Shown piece by piece: positions 12,399 through 25,744 of a stretch of DNA of 64,000 bases; position 1 is the first letter of the stretch; every line of letters starts with the position of its first letter. Where the stretch lies: NCBI RefSeq assembly GCF_006345805.1, contig NC_043004.1:59148001-59212000 (forward strand), in the 5' to 3' direction. The position numbers were made by a program, and so were the translations under genes. The notes beneath the pieces were generated by a model, which saw only the letters and a program-made list of their open reading frames with translations, searched no databases and was not told the DNA's origin. The stretch comes from Octopus sinensis (lineage: Eukaryota).

Positions 12399-13805
12399 AA
12401 TATTCATATATGTATGTATATATAAATGTATGTGTATATATATATACATATATATATATGTGTGTATGTGTGTGTGTGTGTGTGTGTATACATATATATG
12501 TATATATTTGTATGTATATGCATTTTAATATATATAGTTTATGTACAGATAGCTAGATATATACACGCTCACACACACATATTGATATATTTAAGGATAT
12601 ATTCATATATACATTCATATACATATATATGTCTGTACATATGTATATATTATTTTTTCCTGTGCATGTGTATAAATGCATGTATATGTGCGTTTATGCG
12701 CGTATAGTATGTATTTTTAAAAGAATAGTTTACACTGTGTGTTCATATGCAAAATACCGCAATGCTTGCGATCAGTAGACATATTGTTATGTAGTTATAA
12801 TATGTTGCTAGTTGGTATTTTTATGTCCCGGATGTTTGCCTCATTTCTGCAATCATTACATTTGTAAGACTAATGGAAAAACTGTCAACGAACGGCCATG
12901 TCACTTCATATCTGCTGTAATAGCTATCATAATTTCTAGCATTTATTATCACAACTTCCCGCCTCACCTCTCAGTTTCACTAGCTGCTAATTGATGATAG
13001 TCAAAGCATCACTACAGTGCCATTAGTCGCCTGTATTTCTGTAGTATCCTTAACAATTTGGTTGACCGCTCGTTGTCCGTGCAAAACGAAAGTGCTTTTG
13101 TTCGGTGTAAAGGGCCAATGACGGTGGTGATGTAATTGCTCTTAATTTATTGTAGATGTTGCTTTTGTTGTTGTGGTTATTGTAGTTGCTAGTGTTGTTT
13201 TTAGTGTTGCTGCGGACGGAGTAGTTGTTGTTAATGATAGGTGTCTTCTTCGTTGAAGGAGCGATAATGGAAGATGATAAAAATGATGATAGAGTAACAT
13301 AGTCGAGGTAGGGAGAGGCACAGAAGTAATAGAGCAGCCCTGAAGTTGCTCAGTTATTGTTTTTGTAGTATCTGTTGTTGTCGCTGTTGCTGTTGCTTTT
13401 AACCATGGTTGTCTTTGATGAAGGGGAGTTAATGATAGTGTATATGGTAACGTGGAGGAGATGATGAAACACTGTATTAACAGCATGGAGCTGATATTGC
13501 AGTCTCTTTTGTAGCAGTGGCTGTTGTTGTTATTGCAGAAAAGGAAGGATGAAAGATGTTGGAAATTAGGGCAGAATCACAAAGAAGGTGTGTTTGATGC
13601 AGAGTAGTCAGTAATATGTAGTTTTGTTGTTGATATTGTTTAACCCAAATCATCTGTTCACGAATAGGAAGAGGCTGGCAATCAAAGACATCCCAGCTAT
13701 GATCATCCAATCTGTTTAGGTGTCCTTTTCATTCACTAGGATACGCTATTTGCCTGCTATTTCTAACATACGTGCATACATATACATATATATATATATT
13801 TATAC

Positions 13806-14072
<267 letters not shown>

Positions 14073-14431
14073 TACATGTAGGTATATATGAATGGAGATA
14101 ATGATGCAAATATGCAAATAGAATCGCTTGGGATAGATATACAAAATATAGATACATATATACAAGTAAACAGAGAAAACAGACTGAAAATATTCAGACG
14201 ATGAATATTCATGTATAAATATCTGGATAATTATATAACAAGAGTAAACTTACACAGAATACAAAGACACCGAAAACGAAGAGGAGAACTTATGTTCGTA
14301 CAGGTCCGACACCTGTTTCAGGGGGCTCGGAATTATTTCATAATGTTGGCAGATGTAGTTCGCAAAAAGTCAAAGATATGCAACCATTATTGTAAGCATG
14401 AAAATATTAGGTAAATCTGTGGATAAGTATC

Positions 14432-15272
14432 GGATCTTTTCCTTTTGAACGGCACTTTGTAACATAATTTCTAGGTAACTAAAACGTTTTAAACTGCGTA
14501 TACTGGTAGAATGTGTTTATAAAACATCATTTTCTCTTGGCTTTATTGAGAAAATTCTATAGGTTGTAACATATTTCGTCTAAAATTTCTTGCATTTCGG
14601 CTATTTTAACCAATCAATTACCTCCATTGACGTAAATAACATTCTGTGCATAATGAATATGTCCCTCCTTTAAGAAATAGATTGGGTTTATTTACATTTG
14701 TGAAGCAAACCCCTAACCCTAACCCTAACTAACCCTAACTCTAACCCTAAATTTAAAATAGACTGAAATGCAATAGATCGATACTAGGGCCATAATTATG
14801 GGTGACATTTTCATTTGACACCACTAGAAAAAAATCCCGTTTTCCGTAGCGGTGTCGTATGAAATTGTCACCCATAATTATAACCCTAGTATCGATCTAT
14901 TGCATTTCAATCTATTTTAGATTTAGGGTTAGAGTTAGGGTGAGTTAGGGTTAGTTAGGGTTGGTTAGGGTTAGGGGTGGGGGAAGGGTATCTTTTTTCT
15001 TCACAATCTGTTTCTTAAACTCAATCTGTTTCTTAAAGGAGGGACATATTCATTATGCACAGAATGTTATTTACGTCAACAGAGGTAATTGATTGGTTAA
15101 AATTGCCGAAATGCGAGAAATTTTAGACGAAATATGTTACAACCTATAGAATTTTCTCAATAAAGCCAAGAGAAATGATGTTTTATAAACACATTCTACC
15201 AGTATACGAATTTAAAACTTTTTAGTTACCTAGAAATTATGCTATAAAGTTCCGTTCAAAAGGAAAATATCC
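14432..15272. mobile_element. fold-back non-autonomous DNA transposon (MITE-like) with ~400-bp arms containing (CCCTAA)n/(TTAGGG)n
   Basis: Ends ggatcttttccttttgaacgg / ccgttcaaaaggaaaatatcc. Arms pair to a centre near 14835. Flanks taagtatc / taagtata form an 8-bp TSD with 1 mismatch. Confidence 0.85.
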
Positions 15273-15289
15273 TAAGTATATAACATTTT

Positions 15290-16130
15290 CAGTTACAATG
15301 CAGGGAAATTGATATGTAAAGTGGGTGAAGAATAAGGCAAACAGAAACAACTAAAGAGAAGAAGTAGGTAGTTCGATAAGGGTATGAGAAGAGTTGAAGC
15401 AAGGAAGGGCAAGAAGAGATTGGAGAGTGGATGAGGAAGAGGGAGAGGTGAGTTATCAGCTAATTGAGAGTAGAAGTAGAGAGTTGGGAGATAAGTGCGA
15501 GGGGTGGGATAGATAGTATTGTGAAGGGTGGTCGTTGTTGTTGCGTTTGATATTATATCTTGTTAGGGTTGGTGGGGGCTATAGAACTGAGAAAGGGAAA
15601 CAAGATTAGCGAGTAAAGGGAAGGGTGAGTATTAAAGGCAGGGTAAGGATCTAGTTATAGATGATAGCGGGGTGGCGAACCTGGAATTCCAAGAATGAAT
15701 ACCATATCCTGTTCCATTATCTGTGAGACACACCCCTAAAACATTAATGGACTAGGATAGGACATCGGAAATGCTGTAGGACCTGAGGTTGAGTGTGTGA
15801 ATTGCTAAAGGTATAGTTAATCCAGAAGTTCAATTGGAGAAAGAATTCATATGTGCTCGGTAGCACTGTTTGAAAAGACTAGTGCAGATAATGTAGTCCT
15901 TTGCCTGGTGTGAGAGCGGTGTACGACCCAGCATTTATAGACTATATTTTTCCGTAGACAAAAGCCTTCAAGAAGACAGAGTTGAGACACCTAATGGCTA
16001 GAGGTTTCTTGCCTCTACTGAGATTGGAATTGATCCCTAGAAAGCTCTGTTTCATATGGTCAGTTCCCACCAAAGCGGAACGGGAGGTGTTATCTGTACC
16101 AGTGTCGGATTGAGAGGGAGTATCACCGCT
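15290..16130 (-). pseudogene. Penelope-like element relic: Cys linker, GIY-YIG endonuclease and 3' region
   Basis: - strand ~15990-15760 reads CLLEGFCLRKNIVYKCWV...(fs)YIICTSLFKQCYRAHMNSF...L.IH...SI, matching CxxxGxCL..VY.C..YIG.T..FK.RY..H..SF of PLEs. Contains stops and frameshifts. Confidence 0.65.
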
Positions 16131-16239
16131 GCTATATATGATATAAGTGTGTATGTATATGAGTGTCTTTCTCTCTGAAATACAAACATATTTACATATG
16201 TATATATGTATGTATTATGTGTGTATGTGCGTGTGTGTG

Positions 16240-16283
<44 letters not shown>

Positions 16284-16467
16284 ATATATGTATATAGACA
16301 TGTGTGTGTACACGTATGTACGTATGCATAGATACGTGTCCGAATGTATATAGTTTTTCGTATGTGACAAAAAAATTGATTCGAATGTCAAAAAGTTAAT
16401 GGTCCATCGTTGTAGAAGATTGTTTTCGGAAATAAAATATTTTAGTTTGGAACGCAAAAATCAAATA

Positions 16468-16504
<37 letters not shown>

Positions 16505-16769
16505 ACACACACACACACAGAGAAACCCACGAACACATATGCTTACATACACATACACACGCGCACGCACACATATACATAAATATAGACGCAGGCAGAC
16601 ACACATATACTGAAACTTCAGAGGTCATTCGTTTTTAAGATAACAGAATCTCGTATTTTTCCTGCATTGATCGTCTCATCTGTCTGGCCGCTGCTGCTGC
16701 TGCTGCTACTACTCCAACTCGTACTATTACTGCTGTATCCTGTTTTGCGGCTGCGTCAAATTATAATAC

Positions 16770-17172
16770 TTTTTTTTACACTTTTTACTTGTTTCAGTCA
16801 TCTGACTGCGGCCATGCTGGAGCACCGCCTTTAATCGAGCAAATGGACCCCAGGACTTATTTTTGTAAGCCTAGCACTTATTCTATCGGTCTCTTTTGCC
16901 GAACCACTAAGTTACGGGGACATAAACACACCACCATTGATTTTCAAGTGATGTGGTGGGGGGCAAACACAGATACACAAACATATGCGCACACATACAT
17001 ATATATATACACATATATACGACGGGCATCTTTTCAGTTTCCGCCTACCAAATCCACTCACAAGGCCTTGGTCGGCCCGAGGCCATAGTAGAAGACACTT
17101 GCCCAAGGTGCGCAGTGGGACTGAACCAGGAGCCACGTGGTTCGTAAGCAAGCTACTTACCACACACCCACT
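16770..17172 (-). mobile_element. SINE family B (tRNA head, CORE-like box ccttgggcaagtgtcttctactat, internal microsatellite)
   Basis: Reverse complement of 48826-49240. Confidence 0.9.
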
Positions 17173-17581
17173 GCTATAATAGTAACCATTAGTAATAATA
17201 ATTTCAAATTTTGGCACAAAGCCAGCAATTTCGGGGGAGGAAATAAGTCAATTAAATCGACTGAAGTGCTGCACTGATACTTGCTTTATCGACCCGGAAT
17301 TGATGAAAGCTAAACAATCTTCGATGAAATTTGAACCTAGAAAGAAATGCCTGACGAAATTATGTCAGGGTAAGCATTTTGTCCGGCGTTTTAACGATGC
17401 TGTCTTAATGACCGTAATAAAATCTTAGCGGCTATGAACGACGACTTGCTATACGTAGCTGACGTCGTGCAATGTCGCAGAAACACATGCGTCATTCATA
17501 CGGTCCGATGACGTGTTTCATAGACCAATGGTTATGAGACCATAAAAGATGAAAGATGAAAGATGAAAGTCAATCTCAGCT

Positions 17582-17748
17582 GAAGTTATATTCTCGGACG
17601 AGTCATCCTTTTACCTTATTTCCGATCACCGACCGAGTATACGTGTGGAGACAGTCAAAAGAAACATTTGAGCCAGACTGCCTTCTTCCAACTGTAAACA
17701 TGGAGGAGGATCTGTGATGATCGGGGGAGGAGTTATATCTTGGAAATC
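17582..17748 (+). pseudogene. Tc1-type transposase internal fragment
   Basis: KVIFSDESSF..VYVWRQSKETFEPDCLLPTV(K)HGGGSVMI, the region around the first catalytic D. Confidence 0.75.
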
Positions 17749-17758
17749 AGAACGTAAC

Positions 17759-18183
17759 GAAGAAGAAGAAGAAGAAGAAGAAGAAGAAGAAGAAGAAGAA
17801 GAAGAAGAAGAAGAAGAAAAAGAAGAAAAAGAAGAAGAAGAAGAAAAGAAGAAAAAGAAGAAGAAGTAGAAGAAGAAGAAGGAAAGGAAGAAGAAAAGGA
17901 AGAAGAAGACGAAGAAGAAGAAAAAGAAGAAAAAGAAGAAGAAGAAGAAGAAAAAGAAAAAGGAGAAGAAGAAAAAGAAGAAGAAGAAGAAGAAGAAGAA
18001 GAAGAAGAGAAAAAGAAGAAGAAGAAGAAGAAAAAGAAGAAGAAGAAAAAGAAGAAGAAAGAAGAAGAAGAAAAAGAAGAAGAAGAAGAAGAAGAAGAAG
18101 AAGAAGAAGAAAAAGAAGAAGAAGAAGAAGAAGAAGAAGAAGAAGAAGAAGAAGAAGAAGAAGAAGAAGAAGAAGAAGAAGAA
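17759..18183. repeat. (GAA)n microsatellite
   Basis: Direct reading. Confidence 0.97.
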
Positions 18184-18184
18184 A

Positions 18185-18575
18185 TCCTCCCTACATAGCC
18201 TGAAATTTTGGGGAGGCGAGTTACACGATTACATCGATTCTAGTGCTAAACTAGCAATCATTTTATAGACCCCAACGGATTTTGAAATCAGAACGTAAGA
18301 CGGGCCAAATCTTGCTAAGCATTTTGACCGTGCTATCGATTCTGCCGGCTCACCATCTTAATAATAATGATTTCAAATTTTTGCTCACGGTCAGCAATTT
18401 GAGGTTGAGGGATGAAGTCGATTATATTGTAAGCGGATTTGAACTGGTGCTTATTTCATCGATTTTGGAAGGGTGGTACCAAATCGACATTGACGGAATT
18501 TGAACTCAAAATGGTAGGTGCCTGAAAAAATGCTGTGAAACATTTTGCCCGACACGCTTACGCCAGCTCACCGAA
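18185..18575 (-). mobile_element. two old SINE family A copies (others at 17200-17400, 39395-39540, 48230-48540, 58200-58410)
   Basis: Degenerate gattacatcga..ctggt..tttatcga..atttgaactca..aagcattttg motifs. Confidence 0.65.
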
Positions 18576-19034
18576 TGACGACGGCGATGATGATAAAGAA
18601 GAAGATGATGATGATATATTCCTTAACCAAAACAATGTCTCAAAGAAATGACTGATACTCCAAAGTACGTAATACACCAGAGTGATTGCTGACGTTACAT
18701 AAAATATGTTTGAAAAGTATAGGAAAAGCAAATAACAACAAAATCACAACTAAGGTTCCGGAATAGGGTGGTAGGTGCATTGACCTGTTAAGTAAAATTC
18801 ATAAAATCACCCTAAATCATCCTGGAAGCTAACGAACACTCACCTCTCAAATCAAGCGTTCTTCGTTCTACAAGTCTTTTTTCAGAGTAGTTTGTACTCT
18901 GCCCACTACTTTCATGAATGTATCATTTAAAACAACCCTCTCCACCAGGTGTTTTAGTGGTCACAATGACCATGAGGGAAAGGCTAAATTATAACTAAAT
19001 TATACAAAAATAAAGCGATCAGGCGTGCATGTAA

Positions 19035-19360
19035 AGTAAGTAGTTTACATCGCCGCCACATATTTTCGGTTTCAGACTCAATGTGTAATAACCTCGGCAA
19101 TTGTCTTCTATTCTATCCTTGGGCTGTACAGTCTCGCGAGTGAATTTGTTGACGGAACCTGGAAGACACCTGTGACACACACACACAGACACACACACAT
19201 GCCTATACGTTTGTGTGTCCTCTTAACTAAGCGGTTCGGCAAAAGTGAACGATGGAATAAGTTCTAAGTTTTAAAAGAATGAGAACTGGGATCGATTCAT
19301 TCGACTACCTTTCTTCGAACTTGACCGCAGTTTGATGATTGAAACCAGGAAAAGAATAAA
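19035..19360 (+). mobile_element. old SINE family B copy (others at 34050-34210, 34610-34815, 44960-45280, 55140-55195, 63595-63760)
   Basis: tgtcttctattctat..gagtgaatttg..gacggaa..gcggttcggcaaaa..gaataag..tgattgaaac. Confidence 0.65.
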
Positions 19361-20175
19361 AGATGGAATGGGGGGAAATCATCGGAAAACAACAGCATGG
19401 AAAGTAACGAAGTTAATGAAGCCAACGGTTGGGATGAATTAGGGAACTTGACGAATTCATAATTTACGAGGCATCTACGAGCAGGGGCCGTTTCAGTGTT
19501 GAGATGCCGGGTCAATAGGAATATACTGGAGGTAATCACATTTACCAAGACCAAGTTAAACTGGCACACTCATTTTCAGAAAAGGCAACTAATGAGGAAG
19601 CCTGTACGTGGTCGCTCAAACTGCTAGAAATTACAGCGAATCACTCTGGAAATAACATATCCTACCATCTTAAAAAAGTAAAAGACTGCTCACGTGATGT
19701 TGGGTTTTCAGCACTTAGGAAATGTTGAGCCGATGAGACGGTTTAATTTTGCTTCATCAAAATTCCGATCGATTGTAGCTGACCTTGTCCAAACAAGAAC
19801 AACTTTCAGAATATTTTCTCTCTCTCTCTATCGTCATCATTCTCTCCAAATATTACTTCGTAAAAAGTGATGATAACTTAGTCGAAAAGAAACACATCTG
19901 TCATAACAATTTTCAATGTCGCCCGCCACTCAACCTCTCTATATTAATATGAAAATGTTGTTTGGGTTTGAAAAACAAAAACCCATTTATTTTCTAAAAC
20001 AATTTTCTTCGATTATGGACCATTAACTTTGGACATTTGATCAATATACTATCACATAAGCACAACTACATATATCCGAGCTTATTTCCATACACATATA
20101 CATGCACATAGATATATCTTATATCACATATAAGTATGCATACGCATGAATAATATATATATATACATATATATG

Positions 20176-20210
<35 letters not shown>

Positions 20211-20768
20211 TATGTATATATATTTATATGTATATGTCTCTGTGATTACCACTTCATGGGAGGCTGATTGCGTCAATTGACCGAAAGAGCAGACATTGCA
20301 AAAATGAATGGTCAATATGATTTATGAAAAAAATAATGGGTCCTACAAAGAGCCTTATTTTCCGCTTTGAAGTACGTCGGATCGGAATATAATGTGCATT
20401 GTGGCACTCATTGCCTTTGGCACGCACACACACACACGCACGCACACACACACACATACGAGCATGTATACATATACATACACATACAAATGTATCACGC
20501 ATAATCGCCAGATAAAATCTTAATGACATTTTTAGCTGAAGGCATATTGTTCGACGCTCTTCACGATAGTGAACAATAATATTAATATTTGTTTGATGAT
20601 GATGACAATAAAGCATAAGGATATGTGGATGAATTTGACCCGAGCATATTACAGTTACTATTATTTATTATCATTTGTAAAACCGTTTGGTGGGATTTGC
20701 GACATGAATGTAAAAAAGAAGGCAACTAAATACAAAACATTTTGTCCTGTAGCCTTGTTGTTATCATT

Positions 20769-21279
20769 GAATGAGAGAGCAGTGCATGACATCAAAGTGA
20801 CACTGGGCTAAAATATACGAAGTCCAGTATAGCCATTATGACTACCCTTCTGATAAGGGTACACAGGCACATGCATCACAACCATATGTGCGCAACATAG
20901 TGATTTTATATCAAGATAAACAGAGTATGACTTTGCAGGTGGGTCCGATCCCGCTCAAAAATCCCTGAATAAGGGTTGTTTAACGACGTTGAACAAAATA
21001 CCAATGTTTCCAGTGGTGAATTTTCAAACCCGCCAAAATTCATCTGAAAACATGGCTATGACTCCTACCCATTACTTCTGCCCGTGATCAGCGATGCAAA
21101 TATCGCCAGCCACCAAAGGACATGCTCAACTGGTTATGGTCAAACAACTGACAGTCGAATCTGTGGTATTCAGCAGAATATTTGCTGTAGATCATCTTTT
21201 ATATCAAGACAAAAGAATGTACGATAACACTTCCAGTCACATAAGCCATGAGAGGCAGTGGCTGATACTGCATCAGAAC
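20769..21279 (-). mobile_element. non-coding retroposon next to (TAA)n tracts (family D)
   Basis: Homologous to 24931-25156 and 58832-59290; no ORF. Strand inferred from the shared end (ctgctctctcactc followed by (AAT)n on -). Confidence 0.75.
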
Positions 21280-21303
21280 ATAATAATAACAATAATAATA
21301 ATA

Positions 21304-21376
<73 letters not shown>

Positions 21377-21380
<4 letters not shown>

Positions 21381-23158
21381 TAATAACTCTGCGAAACTTC
21401 TTGACTGTAAGTATGAGATCATGGAGAACCACACTAACTCTGAACAGTGACAGTGAATCCCTAAATGCTGGTGATGTAAAAATTTCGTGTGGCATTTTCC
21501 AGGGTGACTCACTGTCACCACTCCTCTTTTGTTTATCCTTAATACCTCTCTCAAAGCTGCTCAATGACGCGCAGTACGGGTATAAAATGTTTGATAAAAA
21601 TATAAATCATCTCGTTTACATGGATGATTTAAAGCTTTTTGCAAAAAATGATCAACTCAAGGGCTTACTAGCGATAGTCAAACAATTCAGTGACGACATC
21701 AGAATGCAATTCGGCCTCGATAAATGTGCAAAGGCTACCTTTATCAAAGGAAAAATGACAGAAACATCTAACGTTAACCTTGACCAACAGAATGTCATAA
21801 AAGAACTAGACCCAGCGGAGAGCTACAAGTACCTAGGGGTAATTGAAGGGAACGGAATAAGGCATTCAGAGATGAAGGAAAGGATCAGGAGAGAATGCTA
21901 TCGAAGAGTGAGAGCAATACTCAAGACAGAGCTGAATGCAAGAAACAGGATCGAAGCAATCAATGCATTAGCTATACCAGTCGTGACTTACAGTTTCAAT
22001 ATTGTTAACTGGTCAATTACTGAAAAATGTCAGCTCGACAGAAAAATAAGGAAACTGTTAACAATGCATAGAATGCACCACCCTAAGGCAGATACAGAAC
22101 GACTCTATCTGCCAAGAAAAGAGGGAGGCCGTGGTCTTTTGCAACTGGCAATAACAATGAAGATTGCTACAATTGGCCTAGACACCTACCTGAAAAACTC
22201 TGAGGACTGGATGTTAAAACTTGTCTCAAAACATGAAAACAAGAAAGCATCATACTCAGTCACAAAACAGGCAAAGGAATATCTAAGTGAATTCCGAATA
22301 CAACCAATTTCGGAATTAGAGATAGATATACAAGAAACAAGCACAGAAAAAGCTAGGCGCATGAAAACCCGTGCCAAAACTGCGGCCTTAGATATTCTGA
22401 ATAATAAATGGCAAGAAAAACCTCTCTATGGCAAATACCCAAAGAGAGCGAATAATGCAGATATCGACAAAGCCCTGACCCATCAATGGCTAATGGCCTC
22501 TGGCTTAAAATCTGAAACAGAGGGGTTTATCATAGCAGCTCAAGATCAATGCCTACCAACAAGAAACTACCAGGCCAACATATTAAAGATCAGAAGCAGT
22601 CCAACGTGTCGTGTATGCAAGCAACAAAATGAAACCATTGACCATGTGGTCTCCAAGTGCAGTCTTCTAGCGCCTACAGAGTATCTCAACGATAGAGCTG
22701 CACAATATATTCACTGGGTAATCTGTAAAAACCTGGATTTGCCCCATGAAAAAAACTGGTGGGAACACAAACCATCCCCAGTCCTTGAAAATGACCACAT
22801 CTCACTCCTCTGGAACTTCACCATTCAAACTGACAGGAAGATAGATGCAAATAGGCCAGACATCATATTGAAAGACTTCAAACAAAGAACATGCCTCCTC
22901 ATTGATATGACTGTCCCAATCGATATAAAGACCTACCAAAAACTGAGCAAATATAAAGATCTTGAAATAGAAATCAGCAAAATGTGGAAGCTGAAGACTA
23001 AAACAATACCTGTTGTCATAGGTGCCCTGGGAATGATAGCAAAAGGGGCTGATAGCTACCTAACTCAGATACCAGGAAACCCAAAAATGGCAGAAGTTCA
23101 ACAAAAGATAGTGCTCATGGGAACTGCTCATATCCTACGCAAAATACTCTCTATGTAA
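21377..23158 (+). CDS. R4/Dong-type non-LTR retrotransposon ORF (5'-truncated): RT, CCHC knuckle and restriction-like endonuclease
   Basis: GIFQGDSLSP, YMDDLK, YKYLG, GGRGL, CRVCKQQNETIDHVVSKC, RPDIILKD...IDMTVP...KLSKYKDL, PVVIGALG. The ATG is supplied by the flanking (ATA)n. Confidence 0.93.
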
Positions 23159-23373
23159 TCTCAAGGTTTAAAACAAACATAATTTTCGGTTTAAAAAAAA
23201 AAAAAAAAACAACTTTTTTTTTTAGACATTCATTAGTACAACATCCCCACCCCCCAAATATATGGCACACTAGGCATAACAACAACATGAACTTCCAACC
23301 CTGTTGTCTCTTGAGGTCACTGGGTGAGACTTGGAGCCAACTTGTACAAATATAAAGCAAAAGTCAAACATAG
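21386..23373 (+). mobile_element. R4/Dong LINE copy with 3' UTR, inserted in (TAA)n
   Basis: (TAA)n on both flanks; 3' UTR 23159-23373 shared with 24533-24734. Confidence 0.9.
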
Positions 23374-23440
23374 AATAATAATAATAATAATAATAATGAT
23401 GATGATGATGATGATGAGGAGGAGGAGGAGGAAAATAATA

Positions 23441-23649
23441 CTCTTTTACTCTTTTACTTGTTTCAGTCATTTGACTGCGGCCATGCTGGAGCACCGCCAT
23501 TAGTCGAGCAAATCGACCCCGGAACTTATTCTTTGTAAGCCCAGTACTTATTCTATCGGTCTCTTTTGCCGAACCGCTAAGTTACGGGGACGTAAACACA
23601 CCAGCATCGGTTGTCAGGCAATGCTAGGGGGACAAACACAGACACACAA

Positions 23650-23690
<41 letters not shown>

Positions 23691-23855
23691 TACAACAGGC
23701 TTCTTTCAGTTTCCGCCTACCAAATCCACTCACAAGGCATTGGTCGGCCCGGGGCTATAGCAGAAGACACTTGCCCAAGATGCCATGCAGTGGGACTGAA
23801 CCCGGAACCATGTGGTTGGTCAGCAAGCTACTTACCACACAGCCACTCCTGCGCC
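23441..23855 (-). mobile_element. SINE family B, full length
   Basis: Reverse complement of the family consensus, including the (ttttactc)n tail and head ggcgcaggagtggctgtgtggtaag. Confidence 0.92.
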
Positions 23856-23892
<37 letters not shown>

Positions 23893-23903
23893 TAATAATA
23901 ATA

Positions 23904-23939
<36 letters not shown>

Positions 23940-23943
23940 TAAT

Positions 23944-24140
23944 GAGGGCCTTGATAAGCAGCTCAACAAACTCTCTTGCAGTAATAACGTGGGAGAACTT
24001 CAGAAGATAGTGTTGCTATGTTCCGCGAACATTTTTTACGCCGTGTACTCTCCATGAGATGAGGACCTGCTGTGACCCTAGGGTCAAGGAATAACCCCGG
24101 TTCAGCAGAAGACAACGGACCATATTTTATTTTTAAAAAA
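23944..24140 (+). mobile_element. 3' end of a second R4/Dong subfamily in (TAA)n
   Basis: EGLDKQLNKLSCSNNVGELQKIVLLCSANILRRVLSMR* parallels ...QKIVLMGTAHILRKILSM*; (TAA)n flanks. Confidence 0.75.
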
Positions 24141-24350
24141 TAATAATCCTCTCTATATTGACCAAAATTAAGTAGATTGACAAATTTAACTTTTCAAGCA
24201 GTTGAAGACACACAAGATGTTGAAATATCGTTCATTAGATAACAATGGCACTCTTCTTTTAATTTTGACATAATAATAATAATAATAACAACAACAACAA
24301 CAACAACAATAATATTAATAATAATAATAATAATGATAATAATGATGATG

Positions 24351-24400
<50 letters not shown>

Positions 24401-24401
<1 letters not shown>

Positions 24402-24734
24402 CCCTGGGAATGATAGCAAAAGGGGCTGATAGCTACCTAACTCAGATACCAGGAAACCCAAAAATGGCAGAAATTCAAAAGATAGTGTGCATAGGAACTG
24501 CTCATATCCTACGCAAAATACTTTCTATGTAATCTCAAGGTTTAAAATCAACATAATTTTCGGTTTAAAAAAAAAAAAAAATTTTTTTCTTTAGACATTC
24601 ATTAGTACAACACCCACCCAAATATATGGCACACTAGGCATAACAACAACATGAACTTCCAACCTGTTGTCTCTTGAGGTCTCTGGGTGAGACTTGGAGC
24701 CAACTTGTACAAATATAAAGCAAAAGTCAAACAG
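24401..24734 (+). mobile_element. short 5'-truncated copy of the same R4/Dong family, in (TAA)n
   Basis: Near-identical to 23024-23373. Confidence 0.93.
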
Positions 24735-24767
24735 AATAATAATAATAATAATAAATATAGAACATAA

Positions 24768-24930
24768 TCGCCCGTACAAATACATAGGATTAGATGAAGC
24801 AGCTAAAATACAACGCGCATAAATGAAAGAGAAAGCTACTAGAGGATATTGCAGAAAAGTTAGACTTATATTAAATACTGGCCAAACAGGCAGCCATACC
24901 AGTCATAATTTACAGTTTTAACATTATAAA
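24768..24930 (+). pseudogene. old R4-type RT fragment
   Basis: PYKYIGLDE...MKEK...Y.RKVRLILNT..AIPVIIYSFNIIN parallels 21820-22010. Confidence 0.65.
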
Positions 24931-25156
24931 CATAGTGATCTCATATCAAGATAAACAGCACATGACCTTGCAGGTGGGGCCCAGTTAGAAATTTCTTCTG
25001 CTCGAGTAACCCATCTCGCTCAAAAGGTCCGTGAATAAGGGTTGGTTAAGGATGTTGAACGAAACACTCATCTTTCCAGAGATGATTTATTCAAACCTCT
25101 AAGAATTCCTATGATGGTCCCCCACTACTTCTGCTCGTGATCAGAAATGTACATAT
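24931..25156 (-). mobile_element. family D fragment
   Basis: Matches 58960-59197; abuts (ATT)n. Confidence 0.8.
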
Positions 25157-25182
25157 TATTATTATCATTATTATTATTATTA

Positions 25183-25250
<68 letters not shown>

Positions 25251-25367
25251 GTTGTTGTTGTTGTTGAGTTATTATTATTATTATTATTATTGTTGTTATT
25301 ATTATCATTATTGTTATTATCATTATTATTATTGTTATTATTATAATTATAATTATTATTATTATTA

Positions 25368-25401
<34 letters not shown>

Positions 25402-25465
25402 CATCATCATCATCATCGTCACCATCATCATCATCATCATCATCATCATCTTCCTCATCATCACA
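25156..25465. repeat. (ATT)n/(CAT)n compound microsatellite
   Basis: Direct reading; similar tracts at 21280-21385, 23857-23943, 24270-24400 and 59291-59457. Confidence 0.95.
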
Positions 25466-25744
25466 TCGTTCGTAATATTATGTGACAGACCTTGTATCTA
25501 TAGTAAAATCTTAATATTATTTGGTGGGGGAACAGTAAGAGAATCGGAAAAAAGTACTTTGGTTTACTCACGTTGATTAACTTCCGCAAGCGGTAGTTAG
25601 GGAGTTGTGCCTATGTCCCAAACCATTTACCATCATCCGTTCGCCTCCTCCTCACCATCCTAATTTTATTTTTCATCTTCCTCTTCTCCTCCTCCTCCTC
25701 GTACTACTACTACTGCAACTAATACTACTACTCAAAAATAATTT

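Noticed and set aside
14710-14975. True telomere or telomere-fusion site
   Set aside because: Only a few degenerate units, internal to a TSD-flanked palindromic element.
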